Below, piece after piece: positions 58,469-64,000 of a stretch of DNA of 64,000 nucleotides. How positions within the stretch are numbered: the stretch's first letter is position 1; each line of letters begins with the position of its first letter. A model generated the notes under the pieces. It was not told the DNA's origin. It made no database searches and worked only from the letters and a program-made list of their open reading frames with translations. The stretch is from positions 795 to 64,794 of the forward strand of contig JAKSTH010000002.1 in assembly GCA_024402655.1 (NCBI GenBank), read 5' to 3'. The position numbers and the translations under genes are program-made. The stretch is from Treponema sp. Its GTDB lineage: Bacteria; Spirochaetota; Spirochaetia; Treponematales; Treponemataceae.

Positions 58469-60121
58469 TTAAACACGATATTTAATCTTTTTACCTGTTC
58501 CCTCATAAAGCTTTTTACGCTGTTCTGCAATCTGAGGATCAGAAATATAATCATCAAAGCTCATCATACGGTCAATTACACCATTTGGAGTAATTTCAAC
58601 AATACGGTTTGCAATAGACTGAATAAATTCATGGTCATGAGAACTGAACAAAAGAACGCCTGGGAAAGCAATTAAACCTTCGTTCAAAGACTGAATTGCT
58701 TCAAGATCAAGATGGTTTGTTGGGTCATCCATTGTGATACAGTTGGCACCAGAAAGCATTAATTTTGAAAGCATACAGCGAACTTTTTCACCACCGGAAA
58801 GAACCTTTACTTTTTTCAGCGATTCATCACCACTAAAGAGCATACGACCAAGGAATCCACGAACATATGCATCATCCTGTTCTTTTGAATACTGTTTAAG
58901 CCATTCAGTAATATTGTAATCATTTGCAAAACTGTCAGCATTATCGCGTGGTAAATAAGTTTGTGAAGTTGTCTGTCCCCAAGCAAATTCACCAGAATCT
59001 GCTTTTTTAACTCCATTTACAATATCAAATAAAGCTGTAACTGAATTGTGCTCAATACCAACAAAAGCAATTTTGTCTGTACGGTTTACTGTAAGACTAA
59101 AATTATCCAAAAGTTTATTTCCATCTGAATCTGTATAATTTAAGCCTTTAATTTCAAGAACATTATTTCCAATTTCACGATCTGCTTTAAAGTTTACATA
59201 TGGGAACTTACGGGTAGAAACTGGAATTTCTTCAAGACTGTCTGCAAGTTTATCGTAAATCTTTTTGCGAGAAGTAGCCTGTTTAGCTTTAGAAGCGTTA
59301 GAACTGAATCGTAAAATGAATTCACGAAGATCTTTCATTTTTTCTTCAGTCTTTTTCTGCTGGTCGTGAGCCTGGCGCTGCATTACCTGAGTCATCTGAT
59401 ACCAGAAATCATAGTTACCAGAGAACTGAGTAATTTTTCCAAAGTCAATATCACAAATATATGTACAAACTGTATTCAAAAAGTGACGGTCATGGGAAAC
59501 TACAATAACTGTATTTTCAAAATCCAAAAGGAAGTTTTCAAGCCATGTGATTGATTCAATGTCCAAACCGTTTGTAGGTTCATCAAGTACCAGAGCATCT
59601 GGATTACCATAAATAGCCTGTGCAAGTAAAACACGAACTTTCTGGCTTTCATCCAAATCACTCATCATTTTATCGTGATATTCTTCTTCAAGTCCAAGAC
59701 CAGAAAGCATCTGTTCAATCTGATTTTCAGCCTCGTATCCACCTAATTCACCAAATTCCCCTTCAAGTTCAGCAGAACGAATACCGTCTTCTTCTGTAAA
59801 ATCTTCTTTGGCATAAATGGCATCTCTTTCTTTAGAAACTTCATAAAGTTTTGGGAAGCCCATCATAACTGTATCTTTTACAGAATATTCATCAAAAGCA
59901 AAGTGGTCCTGTTTTAATACAGCCATTCGTTCTCCTGGTGTCATAAAAATTTCACCAGAATCTTTTTCCAATTCACCAGACAAAAGCTTTAAGAAAGTTG
60001 ATTTACCAGCACCATTTGCACCAGTAATACCATAACAGTTGCCTTTATTAAATTTAAGATTTACATCTTTAAACAAAGGTTTCTCGCTAAAAGAAACACT
60101 AACATCACTTACTGTAATCAT
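58469..60121 (-). CDS. ABC-F family ATPase (YbiT-like)
   Basis: GANGAGKST, LDEPTN, VSHDRHFL, LSGGEKVR, DDPTNHLD; no TM segment. Confidence 0.93.
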   Translation of the reverse strand: MITVSDVSVSFSEKPLFKDVNLKFNKGNCYGITGANGAGKSTFLKLLSGELEKDSGEIFMTPGERMAVLKQDHFAFDEYSVKDTVMMGFPKLYEVSKERDAIYAKEDFTEEDGIRSAELEGEFGELGGYEAENQIEQMLSGLGLEEEYHDKMMSDLDESQKVRVLLAQAIYGNPDALVLDEPTNGLDIESITWLENFLLDFENTVIVVSHDRHFLNTVCTYICDIDFGKITQFSGNYDFWYQMTQVMQRQAHDQQKKTEEKMKDLREFILRFSSNASKAKQATSRKKIYDKLADSLEEIPVSTRKFPYVNFKADREIGNNVLEIKGLNYTDSDGNKLLDNFSLTVNRTDKIAFVGIEHNSVTALFDIVNGVKKADSGEFAWGQTTSQTYLPRDNADSFANDYNITEWLKQYSKEQDDAYVRGFLGRMLFSGDESLKKVKVLSGGEKVRCMLSKLMLSGANCITMDDPTNHLDLEAIQSLNEGLIAFPGVLLFSSHDHEFIQSIANRIVEITPNGVIDRMMSFDDYISDPQIAEQRKKLYEGTGKKIKYRV

Positions 60122-60160
60122 TGTTCGTACCTCATAAAATTAAGAATTAAAAATTAAGAA

Positions 60161-61813
60161 TTATTTTTTTCCAAACAATGACTTAATTTTCTGCCATAAT
60201 GACTTCTTCTGTGGAGCAGCAGGCTTTTTATTTTCTTTATAGTTCTTACCATTTTTGTTGTAATTTTTATTACCATTTTTGTTATAAGAACCTTTTCCAT
60301 TTTTATAATTACCGTTTCTATTATCTTTACGGTAATCATTTTTCATCTTTCCTTTTTCATTATTCATTTGAGCAGCATAAGCATCTTTATAAAGCTTCAT
60401 GCGTTCTTCATAAGAAAGACCTTCGAGTTTTGCAGGATCAATATATGGTCTCTTGTTTTTATTGTAACTACCCTTTCCTTTTCCACCTTTTTTGTAATCA
60501 CCAGATTTGTAATCTTTTTTATAACCATCTTTGTGATAATTATCTTTTTTATGGTAGTTTCCATGATTGTTTTTATTATGATAGTCACCATTGCGGCCTT
60601 TTTTATATCCACCACGGTTATCGTATTCATCATCTCCACGCCAGTCTTCTGTCTTAATATAAACACCAGCAGATTTATCTTCTTCCATCTGATCTGGATA
60701 TGCTACTTCAGCTGGAATCTGCATTTCTACATAGCGTTCAATTGCTGGAAGATTGTAAACATCCTGTTCAGAACAGAAAGTATAAGCTTTACCAGATTTT
60801 CCTGCACGAGCTGTACGACCAATACGATGAACATAATTTTCTGCTTCTACAGGAAGGTCATAGTTAATAACCATTTCAAGATCATTTACATCAAGACCAC
60901 GGGCAGCAACATCAGTAGCAACTAAAACTGGAATTTCTCCGGCTTTAAATGAATTGATTACTTTAAGACGTTTAGACTGAGGCAAATCACCAATAATAAA
61001 ATCAGCTTTAATATCATTTAACTGAAGACGTTTTGCAACAACTTCGCAGGAACGTTTTGTATTACAGAAAATGATTGCTGTTTTTGGATTTTCATGTTTA
61101 AGAATACCAATCAAAAGCTTCATTTTTTCATCGCTGGAAACGTGAAGCAGCTGCTGGTCAATTTCACTTACAGTAATATTTTCTGCTTCAATAGTGATTT
61201 CTACAGGATCTCTTGTATATTCCCAGGCAAGATTTTTTACATAAGAGTTTAATGTAGCAGAGAACAACATTGTCTGTCTCTGTTCTGCTTCTGGCAAATT
61301 CTTAAGAATCTGGCGCAAGTCAGGATAGAATCCCATATCAAACATGCGGTCTGCTTCATCAATTACAACAAAGTATGATGATGACAAGTCAAGATTTTTT
61401 CCTTCGATTAAGTCAATAACACGACCAGGAGTTCCAACAAGAATATCAACACCTTTTTTAAGAGCGGCAATCTGTTTTTCATAACCTACACCGCCATAAA
61501 CACTGAATGCTTTAAGACCTGAATCTCCAACAAGAGTTTTAGCTTCTTCTTCAACCTGAACAGCAAGTTCACGAGTTGGAACCAGAACAAGAACTTTTTT
61601 TCCTGCATTTTCTTCTTTTGCAAGACGTTCCTGAATAATAGAAATTAAATAAGCAGCTGTTTTACCAGTTCCAGTCTGAGACTGAACATACAAGTCACTA
61701 CCATTGCCTGAAGCTTTGAGCACTTCTTCCTGAACCGGAGTACAGCTAACATAACCGGCAGCTTCAATTCCGTGCAACAGTTTTTCATTAAGATTGAATT
61801 CTGTAAAATTCAT
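60161..61813 (-). CDS. DEAD-box RNA helicase with low-complexity C-terminal tail
   Basis: QTGTGKT, PTRELA, DEAD, SAT, ARGLD, HRIGRTAR; start moved to ATG 61813. Confidence 0.95.
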   Translation of the reverse strand: MNFTEFNLNEKLLHGIEAAGYVSCTPVQEEVLKASGNGSDLYVQSQTGTGKTAAYLISIIQERLAKEENAGKKVLVLVPTRELAVQVEEEAKTLVGDSGLKAFSVYGGVGYEKQIAALKKGVDILVGTPGRVIDLIEGKNLDLSSSYFVVIDEADRMFDMGFYPDLRQILKNLPEAEQRQTMLFSATLNSYVKNLAWEYTRDPVEITIEAENITVSEIDQQLLHVSSDEKMKLLIGILKHENPKTAIIFCNTKRSCEVVAKRLQLNDIKADFIIGDLPQSKRLKVINSFKAGEIPVLVATDVAARGLDVNDLEMVINYDLPVEAENYVHRIGRTARAGKSGKAYTFCSEQDVYNLPAIERYVEMQIPAEVAYPDQMEEDKSAGVYIKTEDWRGDDEYDNRGGYKKGRNGDYHNKNNHGNYHKKDNYHKDGYKKDYKSGDYKKGGKGKGSYNKNKRPYIDPAKLEGLSYEERMKLYKDAYAAQMNNEKGKMKNDYRKDNRNGNYKNGKGSYNKNGNKNYNKNGKNYKENKKPAAPQKKSLWQKIKSLFGKK

Positions 61814-61958
61814 ATATATTTCCTTTCTGCCCATTGGGCAATCTATTTTTTCCGAATGACACACAGGTCATTGGTTTTATTGCGAATCATTAATAGTAGA
61901 AATATACCATTTTTCGAGTCTTATGTGAAGTTATGGGAAATTTTAGAAAAAAATAACA

Positions 61959-62165
61959 TTAATAATGTGGAGGTTTTCTGTTTGGAATATCACCTTCAGC
62001 AGCACTAATCAATTCTTTTATTTTTTCAGCCATAAGTCTATTTTCGGCTTTTAGTCTTTCAATATCTTTTGTCTGCTGAACCGCAACTTCCTGAATCTGA
62101 TTCACAAAATCTTCCATGTAGGCAAGTTTTATTTCCAGGTTATCTAATCTTTCATCAATATTCAT
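61959..62165 (-). CDS. slyX: SlyX family protein
   Basis: LEIKLAYME...KPPHY. Confidence 0.9.
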   Translation of the reverse strand: MNIDERLDNLEIKLAYMEDFVNQIQEVAVQQTKDIERLKAENRLMAEKIKELISAAEGDIPNRKPPHY

Positions 62166-62210
62166 GTGCACATTATAAACTTTTTTTTCTTTATATGATA
62201 CACTGTAATC

Positions 62211-63344
62211 ATGGAAAATAAATTAGCTTATCAATCAGAATTGTTTGGAAACAGACTTAGAAAAAAATACAAAGAACTTAGAAAATGGGCCCGAAAAAAT
62301 AGAATTACCTGCTATCGTCTTTATGATAGAGATATTCCAGAAATTCCAGTAAGTTTAGATTTATATGAATTTTTACCTTCTGATATTTCCACTCCACTTG
62401 AATGCGCAAGATTTCTTTCCGATCAGAATAACAGACTTTCTGCCAACGACCCTTCAGTTGATGCTGAAATAAAAGAACGAACATATGCAGTTTTATATTT
62501 ATATGAAAGACCTTACGAAAAATCTGATGAAGAAGAACAGGAATGGATGAATGCCATTGCAGATTCTGCGTGCCAGGTTTTAGGAATTAATAAAAATCAC
62601 ATAATTCAGAAAATGCGCAAACATCAGAAAGGCAAAGCCCAGTATGAAAAAGAAGAGATTTCTGAAAATACTAGTTTAGATTCAGAATTAATTCAGGAAC
62701 AGGGACAACTTTTTAAAATTAATCTTACATCTTATCTTGATACAGGTCTGTTTTTTGACCATCGGCCTTTACGTTCAGTTGTTCGTGATGAATGCAGCAA
62801 TAAATCAGTTTTAAATCTTTTCTGTTATACAGGAAGTTTTAGTGTATATGCAGCACAGGGAAATGCACGACGAGTTGAATCTGTAGATTTATCTAACACT
62901 TATTTAGACTGGGCAAAAGAAAACTTAAAGAATAATGGTTTTAAAGATAATTCAAAATACATTTTTACCAGAGCCGATTGTATTGAATATCTTAAACAAA
63001 AAGCTTTAGCTGCCAAATCTGGTGAACTTAAAAAAACAGATTACTATGATTTGATTATTCTTGATCCACCAACCTTTTCTAACAGTAAAAATACTTTCAA
63101 TGTTTTAGACATTAATAAAGACTGGCCACAGCTTGTAAAAGACTGTACAAATATTTTAACTCCAGGTGGAACTCTTTATTTTTCCACTAACAGTGAACGC
63201 TTAAAATTTGACCCCTCACAACTTCCTCAAGTTACAATTGGCGGACAAAAAATCCAAACAACAGACATTACTGCGCAAACAATTCCAAATGATTATGTAG
63301 GTACAAAATGTCATCGCTGCTGGAAAATTACAGTTGCCAATTAA
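62211..63344 (+). CDS. Stand-alone RlmK/RlmI-like SAM-dependent rRNA methyltransferase
   Basis: CYRLYDRDIPE, YLDTGLFFDHR, LNLFCYTGSFS, VDLSNTYL, LDPPTFSNSK (C-terminal half of RlmKL). Confidence 0.88.
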   Translation: MENKLAYQSELFGNRLRKKYKELRKWARKNRITCYRLYDRDIPEIPVSLDLYEFLPSDISTPLECARFLSDQNNRLSANDPSVDAEIKERTYAVLYLYERPYEKSDEEEQEWMNAIADSACQVLGINKNHIIQKMRKHQKGKAQYEKEEISENTSLDSELIQEQGQLFKINLTSYLDTGLFFDHRPLRSVVRDECSNKSVLNLFCYTGSFSVYAAQGNARRVESVDLSNTYLDWAKENLKNNGFKDNSKYIFTRADCIEYLKQKALAAKSGELKKTDYYDLIILDPPTFSNSKNTFNVLDINKDWPQLVKDCTNILTPGGTLYFSTNSERLKFDPSQLPQVTIGGQKIQTTDITAQTIPNDYVGTKCHRCWKITVAN

Positions 63345-63367
63345 TCTGGTAAATAAATATTTAAAAT

Positions 63368-63417
63368 AAAAAAGGCAGCTTAAAAGTCAATTAAAAAACT
63401 TTTTAGGCTGCCTGTTT
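63368..63417. terminator. Bidirectional terminator between the methyltransferase gene and rpmE
   Basis: AAAAAGGCAGCTTAAAA...TTTTAGGCTGCCTGTTT. Confidence 0.8.
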
Positions 63418-63445
63418 AGTAATTACAAATTAAGCAACTACAAAC

Positions 63446-63658
63446 TTATTTGTTTTCTGCTTTAATACCATAACGTTTGTTGAAGCGGTCAATACGTCCT
63501 GCTGTATCAACAAGTTTCTGTTTACCTGTATAGAATGGGTGACAAGCTGAACAAATTTCAACGTGAATGTTTTCTACTGTTGAACGTGTTTCAATAACAT
63601 TACCACAAATACATGTGATTTTTGTAATTTTGTAGTCTGGGTGAATTCCCTTTTTCAT
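63446..63658 (-). CDS. rpmE: 50S ribosomal protein L31 (Zn-binding type A)
   Basis: [29 protein letters not shown]. Confidence 0.97.
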   Translation of the reverse strand: MKKGIHPDYKITKITCICGNVIETRSTVENIHVEICSACHPFYTGKQKLVDTAGRIDRFNKRYGIKAENK

Positions 63659-63858
63659 TTGTATAACTCCTATAATCTTGCCCGATATTACGCCCGGCTG
63701 CCCCTAGCTTGTCCCAAAATAGAACTACTATCATTTCGCCACCGTCAACTTATTATTATAAATAATATCACAAGACGAATACTTAATTATAAAAGAAAAA
63801 TGAATACTTAATCAATACCTATTAATTTTTCATTTTTCATCAATAATTTTTAATTTTA

Positions 63859-64000
63859 TTATTCTCCAGTACCAACGTTCATGCTGGCAAGGAAAGCTTC
63901 ATTTGTTTTACTTTTCTTCATGCGGTCAAGAATAAGTTCTGTAATATCAATATCTTCCATTGGTCCAAATACTTTTCTAAGTACCCAGATTTTCTGAAGT
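63859..64000 (-). CDS. rho: Transcription termination factor Rho, C-terminal end (partial; not in the ORF track)
   Basis: Hand translation [46 protein letters not shown]; typical rho-rpmE order. Confidence 0.9.
   Translation of the reverse strand, partial: LQKIWVLRKVFGPMEDIDITELILDRMKKSKTNEAFLASMNVGTGE

Noticed and set aside
58469-60121. Degenerate first signature motif and second Walker A in the ABC-F protein
   Set aside because: A non-canonical first signature is usual in YbiT-like ABC-F proteins. The odd second Walker A (GIEHNSVT) alone was too little to build a claim on.
638-62008. Many short overlapping or antisense ORFs in the track (e.g. 1707-2060, 18612-18962, 27100-27435, 60199-60657, 60368-60925)
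   Set aside because: Shadow frames of well-supported genes or of low-complexity coding repeats, with no motifs or RBS.
10805-64000. Apparent enrichment of RNA-metabolism genes (rluA, pcnB, rlmD-like, rsmD, rlmN, yicC, DEAD, rho)
   Set aside because: They are scattered in separate transcription units, as expected for core chromosome.

Overview
AT-rich core chromosome of a spirochete, almost certainly a gut/rumen-type Treponema. Evidence: FlbB collar protein, P83/100, eukaryote-type hexokinase, the murG-cvpA-holB-HK-NtrC string and rpsF-ssb-rpsR-rplI-dnaB. The window holds about 57 protein genes (partial dat at the left edge; partial rho at the right edge, missing from the ORF track), one tRNA-Phe and many intrinsic terminators. 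I found no transposase, integrase, prophage or CRISPR array. Best candidates for undescribed biology: (1) a ~110-nt four-hairpin RNA at the 3' end of the sigma28 flgF-flgG-flgJ operon, with a perfect 13-nt match and a 7-nt anti-SD match to the same operon's 5' UTR; (2) an S6:S18 leader whose SD-like motif sits ~115 nt from rpsF and appears to act through a relay helix; (3) an rnfCDGEAB-like operon that lacks all recognisable flavin, NAD and membrane Fe-S motifs, flanked by a DUF212 phosphatase and a catalytically degenerate GH57; (4) other pseudo-enzymes (LeuD without GSSRE, an HMA domain without CxxC); (5) a J-domain ORF with an internal terminator and an NrdR-like box. All calls come from reading motifs by eye; no searches were run.
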